A DNA stretch of 64,000 bases from Oscillospiraceae bacterium (lineage in GTDB: Bacteria; Bacillota; Clostridia; Oscillospirales; Ruminococcaceae): positions 77 through 64,076 of the forward strand of contig JAHHUE010000002.1 in assembly GCA_020024155.1 (NCBI GenBank), read 5' to 3'. Position 1 is the first letter of the stretch, and the number at the start of each line of letters is the position of its first letter. Under the pieces are notes generated by a model. The model did not search any database. It was not told the DNA's origin and saw only the letters and a list, made by a program, of their open reading frames with translations. Shown here in pieces: positions 30,868 through 40,447 of this stretch. A program made the position numbers and the translations under genes.

Positions 30868-32241
30868 ATGAATGATAATCAAACACAAAGTCTTGGTAAA
30901 GAACCTATTGGTAAATTACTTTTAAAACTGTCTGCACCAGCAATTGCTGCTCAGCTTGTAAACCTTTTATATAATCTTGTTGACCGTATGTATATAGGTC
31001 ATATACAAAATATTGGCAAATTGGCTCTTACAGGTGTTGGTGTATGTTTGCCACTTATTATGATAATTTCTGCTTTTGCAGCACTTGTTGGTATGGGGGC
31101 TGCTCCAAGAGCGTCAATATTTCTTGGCAAAGGTGATGCCGAAAGTGCAGAAAAAACTCTTGGTAACAGTTTTAGTCTTTTAATTATATTATCTATAACT
31201 CTTACTTTAATATTTACATTTTTTTCAAGAGATATGCTTCTTATATTCGGAGCAAGTGAAAATACAATTTCATACTCTATGGATTATATGACAATTTACA
31301 GTCTTGGTACAATATTTGTTCAGCTTACACTTGGTCTTAACGCATTTATAAGTGCACAAGGTTTTGCAAAAACAAGTATGACAACTGTACTTATTGGTGC
31401 AATATGCAATATTATTCTTGACCCTATATTTATTTTTGGATTCAATATGGGTGTAAAAGGTGCTGCACTTGCAACTATAATTTCTCAGGCAGTATCTATG
31501 GTATGGATTTTAAAATTCCTTACAGGCAGTAAAACAGTTCTCAAAATAAAAAAGGAAAATATGCGTCTGAAAAAAGATATTATTCTTCCTTGCATAGCTC
31601 TTGGATTATCTCCATTTATTATGCAATCCACAGAAAGTCTTATTGCTATTTCCTTTAACTCTTCACTTTTAAAATACGGTGGAGATATTGCTGTTGGCAC
31701 TATGACTATCTTAACAAGTGTTACCCAATTTTCAATGTTGCCTTTGATGGGACTTACTCAAGGCAGTCAGCCTATTATAAGCTATAACTATGGTGCAAAA
31801 AATGCAGAAAGAGTTAAAAAAACATTCAAATTACTCATTATCTGTTGCCTTACATTCTCAACAACTCTTTGGGCTTTATCTATGGGATTCCCAGATGTAT
31901 TTATTAAAATATTTAACAATGACCCAGAACTTGTTGCTTTTGCAACTCCTGCTTTGAGAATTTATATGGCAGTAAGTTGTGTATTTGGTGCTCAGGTTGC
32001 TTGTCAGCAAACATTTATTGCTCTGGGTAATGCAAAAAGTAGTCTTTTCTTGGCAATTTTAAGAAAAATAATTTTACTTATTCCTCTTATCTTCATCTTG
32101 CCACTGTTCATTGAAAATAAAACAAATGCTGTATTCTTAGCAGAACCGGTTGCTGATTTAATTGCTGTAAGCTGCACAGTTATATTGTTTACTGTTCAAT
32201 TTAGAAGAAATATGGCAGCCTTAGAACATAAACACAATTAA
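30868..32241 (+). CDS. MATE-family efflux transporter
   Basis: 457 aa and 12 TM. The N-terminal LLKLSAPAIAAQLVNLLYNLVDRMYIGH is typical of the MATE family. Confidence 0.9.
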   Translation: MNDNQTQSLGKEPIGKLLLKLSAPAIAAQLVNLLYNLVDRMYIGHIQNIGKLALTGVGVCLPLIMIISAFAALVGMGAAPRASIFLGKGDAESAEKTLGNSFSLLIILSITLTLIFTFFSRDMLLIFGASENTISYSMDYMTIYSLGTIFVQLTLGLNAFISAQGFAKTSMTTVLIGAICNIILDPIFIFGFNMGVKGAALATIISQAVSMVWILKFLTGSKTVLKIKKENMRLKKDIILPCIALGLSPFIMQSTESLIAISFNSSLLKYGGDIAVGTMTILTSVTQFSMLPLMGLTQGSQPIISYNYGAKNAERVKKTFKLLIICCLTFSTTLWALSMGFPDVFIKIFNNDPELVAFATPALRIYMAVSCVFGAQVACQQTFIALGNAKSSLFLAILRKIILLIPLIFILPLFIENKTNAVFLAEPVADLIAVSCTVILFTVQFRRNMAALEHKHN

Positions 32242-32263
32242 CAAAAATTTTATATAAAAAAAT

Positions 32264-32300
32264 AAACATATCATAAGTTAAATCTTATGATATGTTTTTT
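32264..32300. terminator. Bidirectional terminator between the MATE and degV genes
   Basis: AAACATATCATAAG / CTTATGATATGTTT 14-bp perfect stem. Confidence 0.8.
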
Positions 32301-32301
32301 A

Positions 32302-33144
32302 TTATGCATTTTTAAAAAATGCAACAGCAATTGCACCAGGTCCAACATGTGTTCCTACAACAGAACCTATTGTTGATATGCTTAAATCAGAAACATTTCC
32401 TTTCCATAGGTTTTCGCTGTCATCTATATAAGTTTTAAGCAAGCTATCATCATTGCCGGAATATCCCAAAAGCAAAGGCTTTGAAAAATCTACACCACCG
32501 TATTTTTCAATTTCTTCAACCAAAAGATTGTTTCCTTGTTTTGAACCTCTTGCTTTTCCAAGCATTCTTATTTCTCCATCTTCAAGACAAAGAACAGGTT
32601 TTATTGATAAAAGTCCACCAGCCAAAGCAACAGCTTTTGAAATTCTGCCACCTTTTTTAAGATATTCAAGAGTATCAAGCAATGCAACTAGACGAATATT
32701 TTCTCTTTCTCTTTTAAGAACTGCTGCTATCTCCTGTGCTGATATTCCATCTTCTGCAAGTTTTACTGCCATTTCTGCAAGAATTCCTGCTCCTATTGCA
32801 ACAGATTTTGTATCAACAATAAATACATTATCAAATTCGGCTGCTGCGATATTAGCACTTTGATATGTACCTGATAACTTTGATGATATTGTCAACACAA
32901 CCAATGCAGAACCGTCTGCTGTTTCTCTGTTAAAAACATCCATAAACGCCTGTGGTGTTGGCTGGCTTGTTGTCGGCAGTTCCTTGCAATTCTTTAATTT
33001 TTCATAAAACTTGTCGTTTGAAATTGTCACCCCGTCAATAAATTCTTCTGCACCAAAATGTACAGACAGTGGAACAACCACACATTTACTTCTTACATTA
33101 TCTGTTATATTTGCTGTTGAATCTATAATTATTTTTACTTTCAT
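32302..33144 (-). CDS. DegV-family fatty-acid-binding protein
   Basis: 280 aa with KIIIDSTANI...TSQPTP...LSGTYQSA, characteristic of DegV/FakB. Confidence 0.9.
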   Translation of the reverse strand: MKVKIIIDSTANITDNVRSKCVVVPLSVHFGAEEFIDGVTISNDKFYEKLKNCKELPTTSQPTPQAFMDVFNRETADGSALVVLTISSKLSGTYQSANIAAAEFDNVFIVDTKSVAIGAGILAEMAVKLAEDGISAQEIAAVLKRERENIRLVALLDTLEYLKKGGRISKAVALAGGLLSIKPVLCLEDGEIRMLGKARGSKQGNNLLVEEIEKYGGVDFSKPLLLGYSGNDDSLLKTYIDDSENLWKGNVSDLSISTIGSVVGTHVGPGAIAVAFFKNA

Positions 33145-33605
33145 ACATTCTCCTTTTTTTCTTCTGGCATACCATTTTGTGCTATATTATGTATGCTTGA
33201 ATAGATATTTTTCAGTGCGTTATACATAACTGTTCGTTCATCTTCTGTAAGGTCATTTCCCACAATATCAACTGCTTTTTCGGCTTTTTGTGCCACATAA
33301 TCAACTGCTTTCTTCCCTTCATCTGTAAGAATCAAAACAGCTCTGTATATATTATCTCCGGTGCGTTTTATAAGATTTTTCTCAACCATTTCTGCCACAA
33401 CACGAGATACTGCTGCCTTATCCTTATCGCATATTTCACATAGTTGTGCAGATGTTAATCCGTAAGGATTTCGATACAAAGCAATCAAATATTGAGCATA
33501 AGCACCTTTATATCCGTACTTTACCATTTCACCTCTTTCAATTTTTTGTATATCTCGGTTTATACTTGATATTATAAAAGAAAACTGCTCATATCTATTC
33601 AGCAT
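33141..33605 (-). CDS. MarR-family transcriptional regulator
   Basis: 154 aa with a winged HTH (LTSAQLCEICDKDKAAVSRVVAEMVEKNLIKR). Overlaps the degV start by 4 nt. Confidence 0.9.
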   Translation of the reverse strand: MLNRYEQFSFIISSINRDIQKIERGEMVKYGYKGAYAQYLIALYRNPYGLTSAQLCEICDKDKAAVSRVVAEMVEKNLIKRTGDNIYRAVLILTDEGKKAVDYVAQKAEKAVDIVGNDLTEDERTVMYNALKNIYSSIHNIAQNGMPEEKKENV

Positions 33606-33632
33606 AAAAATCCCTCACATAATTTTAATTAT

Positions 33633-33654
33633 AAATGTTGACCTATCAACATTT
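33633..33654. promoter_or_regulatory. Palindromic operator 1 (AAATGTTGA-N4-TCAACATTT), candidate MarR site
   Basis: Perfect 9-bp arms, located just downstream of the marR -10 box. Confidence 0.6.
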
Positions 33655-33657
33655 GGT

Positions 33658-33686
33658 ATTATATATCAGTAATGTTGACTTGTCAA
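33658..33686 (-). promoter_or_regulatory. marR-degV promoter
   Basis: Minus strand reads TTGACA, 17 bp, TATAAT. The -35 box lies inside operator 2. Confidence 0.65.
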
Positions 33687-33690
33687 CATT
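33671..33690. promoter_or_regulatory. Palindromic operator 2 (AATGTTGAC-TT-GTCAACATT), candidate MarR site
   Basis: Perfect 9-bp arms with the same half-site as operator 1. Confidence 0.6.
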
Positions 33691-33808
33691 TATTTTTTTA
33701 ATATTTCTTATTTCATTTACATAAATTTTTCAAAACACTCATTATTGATTTTAAAATAATTTTATGTTATTCTTTAATTATAATAAATATATTTAAAAGG
33801 AGTATTAT

Positions 33809-34171
33809 ATGAGATTGCAAGAGTCAGGAGAAATGTATCTTGAAACTATATATGTGCTTACAAAAAAGTTTGGTGTAGTACGAGCAATTGATATATGTGA
33901 ATATATGGGGTACTCCAAACCTAGTGTAAGCCGTGCTATGGGGCTACTTAAAAAAGGTGGATATATTGTTGTTGAACAAGGTGGTCATATAATTCTTACA
34001 GACAGTGGCACAGAAATTGCATTAAAAATCTTTAATAGGCACACTTTATTAACCAACTTTTTAACAAGTATTGGTGTTGATGAAAAAACCGCTGTTGACG
34101 ATGCTTGCAAATTGGAACACCATATAAGTGATAAAACATATAACGCTATAAAAAAACATATGGAAGCATAA
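33809..34171 (+). CDS. DtxR/MntR-family metal-dependent transcriptional regulator (short form)
   Basis: ESGEMYLETIYVL...VRAIDICEYMGYSKPSVSRAM...FNRHTLLTNFL...DACKLEHHIS is collinear with the DtxR N-terminal and dimerisation domains. Confidence 0.85.
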   Translation: MRLQESGEMYLETIYVLTKKFGVVRAIDICEYMGYSKPSVSRAMGLLKKGGYIVVEQGGHIILTDSGTEIALKIFNRHTLLTNFLTSIGVDEKTAVDDACKLEHHISDKTYNAIKKHMEA

Positions 34172-34176
34172 TTTTA

Positions 34177-34203
34177 AAAGGCAGAGAATTATTCTCTGCC
34201 TTT
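34177..34203 (+). terminator. Terminator after the DtxR-family gene
   Basis: AAAGGCAGAGAAT / ATTCTCTGCCTTT perfect 13-bp stem. Confidence 0.7.
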
Positions 34204-34360
34204 CCATTTGCCTATATTTATTTTTCTATATTTCTTTTTTATTTTCCTACATTTATTTTTTTATTAACTTACATTCTTTTCATTTGCCTATATATATTTT
34301 ATTTACATATATTTAATATCATATTTTAGTTAAAAAATATTTTCAGCTATATACTTTTAA

Positions 34361-34404
34361 TTAAAAACAAAAAGCGATACCAAGCCAAAAGCAAGGTATC
34401 GCTT
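34361..34404 (-). terminator. Terminator after the ROK-like kinase gene
   Basis: AAGCGATACC / GGTATCGCTT stem followed by TTTTGTTTTT on the minus strand. Confidence 0.8.
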
Positions 34405-34428
34405 AATTATTATCTTTTTTATCAAATA

Positions 34429-35802
34429 TTATTTGATTTCTGGCAATGAAGCAGCAGCAACAGACTGACCAACACGGCGAGTTTTTTCGTCTGGTGTTTC
34501 TGGTCTGAATTTAATTTCTGGATATTCTTCTGTAAGAACACGGCTTGCTTCTTCAAGAATGATATCGCCACCTTTACCACTCATAACACGACCAAGCATA
34601 AGGATATGACGGATATCATAGAACATTGAGTAAAGAGCAAGAGAGTGACCAAGATATACACCAATTGATTTGTAAACTTTGATAGCTCTTTCATCATCGT
34701 TTTTCATCAATTCCTGAACTTCTTTAAGTTTTTCAGCTGGTGAGTTACCTGTCAATGTAATGCCTGCTCTTGGAGCAAGTTTGATAACAGAGTCTTGTGA
34801 GAAGTATTTAACACCACAACCGATGTCACCACTCCATTCATCTTCCATAGCTTCTGGCTGACCATCAACTGGTGCAAATGCCAATTCGTTAAGCCAACCT
34901 GTTATATTGCCTTCACCGTCAACATAACCAACAGCTTCACTTGTACCCATAGCAATACCAAGAACAGCGTTATCACCAAGACCGATTGCACCTGCCAAAG
35001 CTGTAACGTCACCGTCATTTACAACTTCAACTGGAATATCACCGATTTCCTTAGCAGCTCTTGTGTAGATGTCTTTAACTTTTGCATCAAATACATCATC
35101 TGGAACTTGAATAAAGAGGCTAGCTACCATTGTTTTGTTGTCAATGTAGATACCAGCAGAAGAGATACCGATACCGTCAACTCTTGGCATTTTGCTTGCA
35201 GCTGTTTTAAAAGCTTCAACAATGCCAGCATAGTGGTAATCTGGGTCTGAGTTTGTTTTTGGGAACCATACAACTTCTTCGCTGTATACACATTCACCGT
35301 CGATAACTGCGGAAACTTTTCTGTCAGATCCGCCTGCATCAAAACCGATACGGCAACCGTTTGTATGACGGCCGATAGCTTTTGCTGCTTCCTTAGCTAC
35401 TGGTGCATTTTCAAGAGTGTCAACGATAACTTCAAATTTAGATTCGTAAACTCTTTCCATAAATTTTACGTCAAATTTACGAGCACCTTCATAAGAGTAT
35501 GTTTCAGAAATATATTTACCAACTGTTTCGTCACCACAAACATATACTTTGAAACCACCTTTTGCCCAAAGGAGCATTTTAACAAGACGGTCAATGTAGT
35601 AGCAATCTGCTTCTTTCATATCTTCTGTGCCGAAGATTTTTGTATCATAACGACCGATAAGACCATTAGAGCGTTCTACTGCAATAACAACTTTTTTTGT
35701 TGCGTTTTCGTTAAAATGTTTGAAGAAAAGACCAAGTGGTACAAATGTTTCGTCCAAAACAGGTTTGTTTTTAATTGGAATATTAACGTTTAAAAAATCC
35801 AT
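34429..35802 (-). CDS. ROK/ASKHA-superfamily sugar-kinase-like protein with an N-terminal extension of about 150 aa
   Basis: IGFDAGGSDRKVS (phosphate-1) and VVNDGDVTALAG (ROK-like) motifs; 457 aa. The exact family is not certain. Confidence 0.6.
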   Translation of the reverse strand: MDFLNVNIPIKNKPVLDETFVPLGLFFKHFNENATKKVVIAVERSNGLIGRYDTKIFGTEDMKEADCYYIDRLVKMLLWAKGGFKVYVCGDETVGKYISETYSYEGARKFDVKFMERVYESKFEVIVDTLENAPVAKEAAKAIGRHTNGCRIGFDAGGSDRKVSAVIDGECVYSEEVVWFPKTNSDPDYHYAGIVEAFKTAASKMPRVDGIGISSAGIYIDNKTMVASLFIQVPDDVFDAKVKDIYTRAAKEIGDIPVEVVNDGDVTALAGAIGLGDNAVLGIAMGTSEAVGYVDGEGNITGWLNELAFAPVDGQPEAMEDEWSGDIGCGVKYFSQDSVIKLAPRAGITLTGNSPAEKLKEVQELMKNDDERAIKVYKSIGVYLGHSLALYSMFYDIRHILMLGRVMSGKGGDIILEEASRVLTEEYPEIKFRPETPDEKTRRVGQSVAAASLPEIK

Positions 35803-36131
35803 AATATTTCACCTTTCATTCACCGTTATTTTATGTAACAAAATTCTCTCAATTAGCATGAGCGAATTATTTGCATAATATTTTATAATACAATTGTAAC
35901 ATTTAATTTGGCTATATTCTTTTAAAAAAAGTGTTGTTTTTTTGTACAATCGTTCGCTATTTTTTCAAAATAATAAGTTTTTTGTGCAAATTACAATAAA
36001 AATATTATACATTTTTATCGAAAATATAAATTTTTTTAAAATGGGTTTGTAATTTCTGTTTTCGTTTGCACAATAGTGTTTTTTTTTATATAATAATAGC
36101 AGGTATTCATTGCAAATAAGGAGAATTTATA

Positions 36132-37022
36132 ATGAACTTTATTCCTACAATATTAAACGAAAGTTTTAAAATTGATAAATTATATACTGTACACTATTTT
36201 GAATTTTCCAAAAATTACACTTTTAAAGGTGAAAGTCATCCTTTTTGGGAGTTTGTATATGTCGATAAAGGCGAAGTATATGCTGTAAGTGATGATAAAA
36301 AAATTCATCTTACAAAGGGACAAGTTATATTTCACAAACCAAACGAATTTCATACGGTTATGGCTGACGGAAAAACTGCTCCTAACTTGCTTATAGTTTC
36401 TTTTGAATGTAATAGTTCAGCAATGGATTTCTTTGAAAATAAAATTTGCGTTATTGGAGATAAAGAGCGTCATTTGCTTGCAAAAATTATTGAGGAAAGT
36501 AACAATACATTTACAACCCCTCTTGATGACCCTCTTACAACTTGTCTTGAAAGAAAACCAGATGCACAATTAGGAAGTGAACAGTACATAAAAATTAGCT
36601 TGGAATGGCTTTTGCTGGATTTACTAAGACAAGATAGTTCAACTTCTCAAAAAGCCCCTACTTCTCTTATAAAAGAGAATAGCCAAAACGAAGTATTTGA
36701 TAAGATAATAAAATATATGGAAAATAATTTGGATAAACAACTTCTTTTAAGCGAAATATGCAAGGATAATCTTGTTGGCAGAAGTTATCTTCAAAAGTTA
36801 TTCCGTGAAAAAACCGGTGGTGGTGCTATTGATTATTTTAATAAAATGAAAATCAATTGTGCAAAACAAATGATAAGAGAAAGCAGTGGAAATTTTACTG
36901 AAATTTCAATTAAGCTTGGATATAATTCAATACATTATTTTTCTCGTCAATTCAAAAATATGACTGGTATGACTTTGAGCGAATATGCAAGCAGTGTAAA
37001 AATATTAACTAGCAATAAATAA
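36132..37022 (+). CDS. AraC-family transcriptional regulator (cupin sensor plus HTH)
   Basis: N-terminal cupin-like region (FHKPNEFH) and a C-terminal AraC double HTH (GYNSIHYFSRQFKNMTGMT). Confidence 0.9.
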   Translation: MNFIPTILNESFKIDKLYTVHYFEFSKNYTFKGESHPFWEFVYVDKGEVYAVSDDKKIHLTKGQVIFHKPNEFHTVMADGKTAPNLLIVSFECNSSAMDFFENKICVIGDKERHLLAKIIEESNNTFTTPLDDPLTTCLERKPDAQLGSEQYIKISLEWLLLDLLRQDSSTSQKAPTSLIKENSQNEVFDKIIKYMENNLDKQLLLSEICKDNLVGRSYLQKLFREKTGGGAIDYFNKMKINCAKQMIRESSGNFTEISIKLGYNSIHYFSRQFKNMTGMTLSEYASSVKILTSNK

Positions 37023-37267
37023 TAAAAATACGCAATGACTTTGAGTGCAAAATTATAAAGACATTTTTGCAAAAAGTTTTAGAACCTACTTTCAATAATT
37101 ACATTATTTTATATATACATTAGTAAAAACAGTAAGTTGTCTAGTAGTTTTTATATTTACATCTAATTATAAAGAAAGTGGGGTTTGTCATTTTGACAAA
37201 CTCCACTTTTAGTTTTAATTTTTAAATAATTTTATACCGTCAGTTTTATCTATGTAGGTTTATTTTT

Positions 37268-37672
37268 TTAGAATACTTTCGTCCATCTTTGCATAAATAA
37301 TTTATCATTTTTTTCAAATCCAAAATGCTCATAAAAGCCGTGTGCATCTTTTGTTCCAAGTATTCCACGCAAATTTTTGTACAAATCATCTTCAACAATA
37401 TAATTTAGCATTACGCTGCCAATACCTTTACCACGATAGCTTTCTTCCACTATTGCATCACAAAAATAATATGTGGTTGCAAAATCTGTAATCAGTCTGC
37501 AAAAACCAATTTGTTTATCTTTATCAAAAACACCAATACAATTTGAATTTTGCATAGATTTTATAATTATTTCATCATTTCTGTCATCAGCCCAATATGT
37601 TTTCTGCAAAACTTTTACAACCCAGCTTACATCCATATTGTTAAATCCAGTTTTTAATGTATAGTCGCTCAT
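37268..37672 (-). CDS. GNAT-family N-acetyltransferase
   Basis: 134 aa with an RGKGIGS acetyl-CoA-binding motif. Confidence 0.85.
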   Translation of the reverse strand: MSDYTLKTGFNNMDVSWVVKVLQKTYWADDRNDEIIIKSMQNSNCIGVFDKDKQIGFCRLITDFATTYYFCDAIVEESYRGKGIGSVMLNYIVEDDLYKNLRGILGTKDAHGFYEHFGFEKNDKLFMQRWTKVF

Positions 37673-37764
37673 AATTGTCCTCCTATATCTTAGTGTTAAA
37701 ACTATTGTATCACAATATATTTTAAATTTTCAAATATTAATTACAAAATATTGCAAAAAAACAA

Positions 37765-37793
37765 TTGACAAGTTGATAATGTTGTTATATAAT
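37765..37793 (+). promoter_or_regulatory. Consensus promoter for the CAT-anticodon tRNA
   Basis: TTGACA, 17 bp, TATAAT, ending 17 nt before the tRNA 5' end. Confidence 0.75.
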
Positions 37794-37810
37794 ATTAGAG
37801 CATTAGGGAT

Positions 37811-37887
37811 GGACCTTTAGCTCAGTTGGTTAGAGCATCCGGCTCATAACCGGACGGTCCACAGTTCGAGTCTGTGAAGGTCCACCA
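37811..37887 (+). tRNA. tRNA with CAT anticodon, most likely tRNA-Ile2 (lysidine-modified), otherwise elongator Met
   Basis: GGACCTTTAGCTCAGTTGGTTAGAGCATCCGGCTCATAACCGGACGGTCCACAGTTCGAGTCTGTGAAGGTCCACCA. The acceptor and D arms resemble Firmicutes tRNA-Ile(CAU), and initiator features are absent. Confidence 0.9.
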
Positions 37888-37889
37888 AA

Positions 37890-37927
37890 AAACCTGAAAG
37901 CTTTATAGCTTTCAGGTTTTATTTTTA
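37890..37927 (+). terminator. Intrinsic terminator after the tRNA
   Basis: AAACCTGAAAGC / GCTTTCAGGTTT stem followed by TATTTTTATT. Confidence 0.85.
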
Positions 37928-37943
37928 TTATTTTTTCATGAAT

Positions 37944-37973
37944 AAAGCGACTTATCTGTTGATAAGTCGCTTT
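37944..37973. terminator. Hairpin terminator at the 3' end of the CDF gene (bidirectional)
   Basis: AAAGCGACTTATC / GATAAGTCGCTTT 13-bp perfect stem. Confidence 0.7.
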
Positions 37974-37987
37974 TTATTTATAAATTG

Positions 37988-39160
37988 CTATACATAGGCG
38001 TGTTCAACTTTAATTACTGCACGATAATGTCCATTTTCTATTTGTGAAACTATATATAATATTTTCTCTTCAACTTGACTTATAGACATCTCATATTTAT
38101 AAGGAATAACAACATCAAAAATAACATTTGTATGCGTATGACCTTCCACTATTCTGAAATCGTGCATTGAAACATCACTTCCAAGAGTTTCCATAATTTT
38201 AGTTTGAATTTCATTATACAATTTTTTAACTTTTTCATTGTCATAAGCTATTGGGTCCATATGAATAGTTGCCTCACAGCCTATTTCTTTTTTTAACCTG
38301 TTTTCTATATTATCTATTATGTCATGTGTGTAAAGTAAGTCTGCTTGCGCACTTACTTCTGCGTGCAAAGTAACCATAAGTCTACCTGGTCCATAATCAT
38401 GCACAATGAGGTCATGTAGTCCCATAACTTCAGGATATGACATAACAAGACTATATATATTATCAACTAATTGTGGGTCTGGTCTTTGCCCTAATAATGG
38501 AGATATGGTTTCTTTTGCAGCCATATACCCAGCCCTTAAAATAAACAAAGATACAAGAGCACCACACCAACCGTCAATTGCAAAAGGTGTAACTGCACCA
38601 ACTATTGCTGCTATAAGTACAACTGCTGTTGCAACACTGTCACTAAGGCTATCTGTTGCAGTTGCTCTCATTGCTGCCGAATCAATTTTTCTTGCTATTG
38701 ATTTGTTATACATGCTCATATACAATTTTACAGCAATAGATATAAGCAAAATAACCAATGTAATAATGGAAAATTCAACTGGCTGAGGGTTAATAATTTT
38801 ATCTAAAGATGTTTTGCCAAGTTCATAACCCATAAGAAGTATAGCTACTGATATAATTAAACCTGAAAGATATTCCATTCTTCCATGACCAAAAGGATGG
38901 TCAAGGTCTGGCTCTTGTCCTGCAAGTTTAAAGCCTATAAGTGTAACAACTGATGAACCTGCATCTGATAAGTTATTGAAAGCATCAGCTGTTATAGAAA
39001 CTGAGTTACTGATAATACCGGCAAAAAACTTGCCTGCAAAAAGCAAAATATTAAGAAAAATTCCCATTGACCCACAAATCACACCATACTTTTGACGCAC
39101 TTGTGGATTGGCTGTATCTTCTGGATTTTTAATAAAAATCTTTGACAAAAAACCTATCAA
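37988..39160 (-). CDS. Cation diffusion facilitator (CDF) family transporter
   Basis: Six TM helices with ITADAFNNLSD and HPFGHGR motifs, plus a C-terminal cytoplasmic domain. Start set at the TTG at 39160 after GGAGGG, because the longer ORF runs into the upstream terminator. Confidence 0.88.
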   Translation of the reverse strand: MIGFLSKIFIKNPEDTANPQVRQKYGVICGSMGIFLNILLFAGKFFAGIISNSVSITADAFNNLSDAGSSVVTLIGFKLAGQEPDLDHPFGHGRMEYLSGLIISVAILLMGYELGKTSLDKIINPQPVEFSIITLVILLISIAVKLYMSMYNKSIARKIDSAAMRATATDSLSDSVATAVVLIAAIVGAVTPFAIDGWCGALVSLFILRAGYMAAKETISPLLGQRPDPQLVDNIYSLVMSYPEVMGLHDLIVHDYGPGRLMVTLHAEVSAQADLLYTHDIIDNIENRLKKEIGCEATIHMDPIAYDNEKVKKLYNEIQTKIMETLGSDVSMHDFRIVEGHTHTNVIFDVVIPYKYEMSISQVEEKILYIVSQIENGHYRAVIKVEHAYV

Positions 39161-39194
39161 TCTTATCCCTCCTCTAAATATCAATACAAATTTT

Positions 39195-39217
39195 AAAGGC
39201 GACAAATTGCCGCCTTT
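39195..39217 (-). terminator. Putative terminator after the LUD-domain gene
   Basis: AAAGGCG / CGCCTTT stem with a short T-run. Confidence 0.45.
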
Positions 39218-39229
39218 AAGTTAATTATA

Positions 39230-39856
39230 CTACATTCCCAAATTTTCGTTAACAATAATAACTTTGATTCTTTTTGGTATACGGTTAAAACTTGTTATAA
39301 CTGTTGAGCAACAAATTCTTTTATCACTTTTACAATTATGACATACACCATCAACGGTACAAGGTGTGCCTGTTTCAAGCCTTTTTGCGTTAAGTGGTGC
39401 TGCAATAGTTTGAACTCTGTGTTTTGCTTCTTCCACTGTGTTTACAATTTTGTTTTTGCCAACAACAACTATAACTTGTTTTGGTCCAAAAAGCATAGGA
39501 GCAACACGACTGCATATACCGTCTTCATTATAAAGTCGACCATCTGAAATAACAGCATTTGCAGAACACATAAATGTATCACAGAAAAATCTTTCTTTCA
39601 TAAGTCTTTCTTTTTCTTGTGGGTCTTGTTCTGTATATGGGTCTTTATAGTCAAAATCGCCATTCATTATGTAGTCAAGAGCTCCGATTTCTTTTATAGT
39701 TAATGAACCACCTCTGTCAACTTTCTCACCTTTTTTAATAAGTGATTTAACTATATCAAGTGCATCAGAAGAAGTTTCTGCATAAAATGCATCAAATTTA
39801 TTTTTCTTGAAAGCATCAATAGTTTTTTCAATCAACATATCCATAAAAACAGCCAT
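39230..39856 (-). CDS. LUD-domain (DUF162) lactate-utilization-like protein
   Basis: 208 aa with the pattern ...CSANAVISDGRLYNEDG...VVVVGKNKIV... and a C-terminal Cys cluster CHNCKSDKRICC. Confidence 0.7.
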   Translation of the reverse strand: MAVFMDMLIEKTIDAFKKNKFDAFYAETSSDALDIVKSLIKKGEKVDRGGSLTIKEIGALDYIMNGDFDYKDPYTEQDPQEKERLMKERFFCDTFMCSANAVISDGRLYNEDGICSRVAPMLFGPKQVIVVVGKNKIVNTVEEAKHRVQTIAAPLNAKRLETGTPCTVDGVCHNCKSDKRICCSTVITSFNRIPKRIKVIIVNENLGM

Positions 39857-40391
39857 CCTCTATTTATATTCATACTAGTATACACTAAATGCATATTTTC
39901 TTCAACTTTATTTCAGCTTTTTTCAAAATAAGAAGATGAAGTATTCAAATTTATAACAAGACGGACTTAATCAATCATACTGTTGAAATAAAAGATGCTG
40001 TTTTGACTTTTGTTTTTATTTTATAGGAAGTGGATTGATTATCCGCAGTTTGTCTCTCAAATTCACCAAAAAAGATAATCTAGATAATATGGATGAGCGA
40101 AATCATCTGATTTAATTGAAATCGAAAAACAGTCATTTAGTCTTACACAAACGATTTATTTGTTTTGATGTTAGTGCTGCTGGCTATGGGAAAGATATAC
40201 GGAAATGAAGGATTTATTGCCATAGGAGTAGGTTTGGGATTTTTGGATAAAGAAATGCCACAAAGGTTTTCTGTAAGAGCTATGTGGCGCTTCTACTTTA
40301 TATAGAGTGTTAAGAGTATTTTGATAATTATAACGGTTCTAATTTATATTTATTCTTATTTTCTTTAAATGCACTATATTTTATTAAAATG

Positions 40392-40420
40392 AAAAGTCCT
40401 AGCGTTTCTCTTGGACTTTT
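40392..40420 (-). terminator. Putative terminator after the MerR gene
   Basis: AAAAGTCC / GGACTTTT stem followed by CATTTTAAT on the minus strand. Confidence 0.5.
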
Positions 40421-40447
40421 GTAAATTACTTGGAATAAACTTAATAA

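Noticed and set aside
34205-34293. 13-bp direct repeat CATTTGCCTATAT (34205-34217 and 34281-34293) in the convergent gap between the DtxR-family and ROK-like genes
   Set aside because: It is embedded in a T-rich, low-complexity spacer between two terminators. I could find no associated ORF, dyad symmetry or structure, so I cannot distinguish it from chance or old duplication debris.
39910-40447. About 540 bp without an annotated ORF, considered as a structured ncRNA such as a riboswitch or 6S-like RNA
   Set aside because: Translation shows broken protein-like stretches (IGSGLIIRSLSLKFTKKDNLDNMDERNHLI; LFVLMLVLLAMGKIYGNEGFIAIGVGLGFLDK...). I saw no conserved ncRNA helices, so it fits gene debris from the decayed element better.
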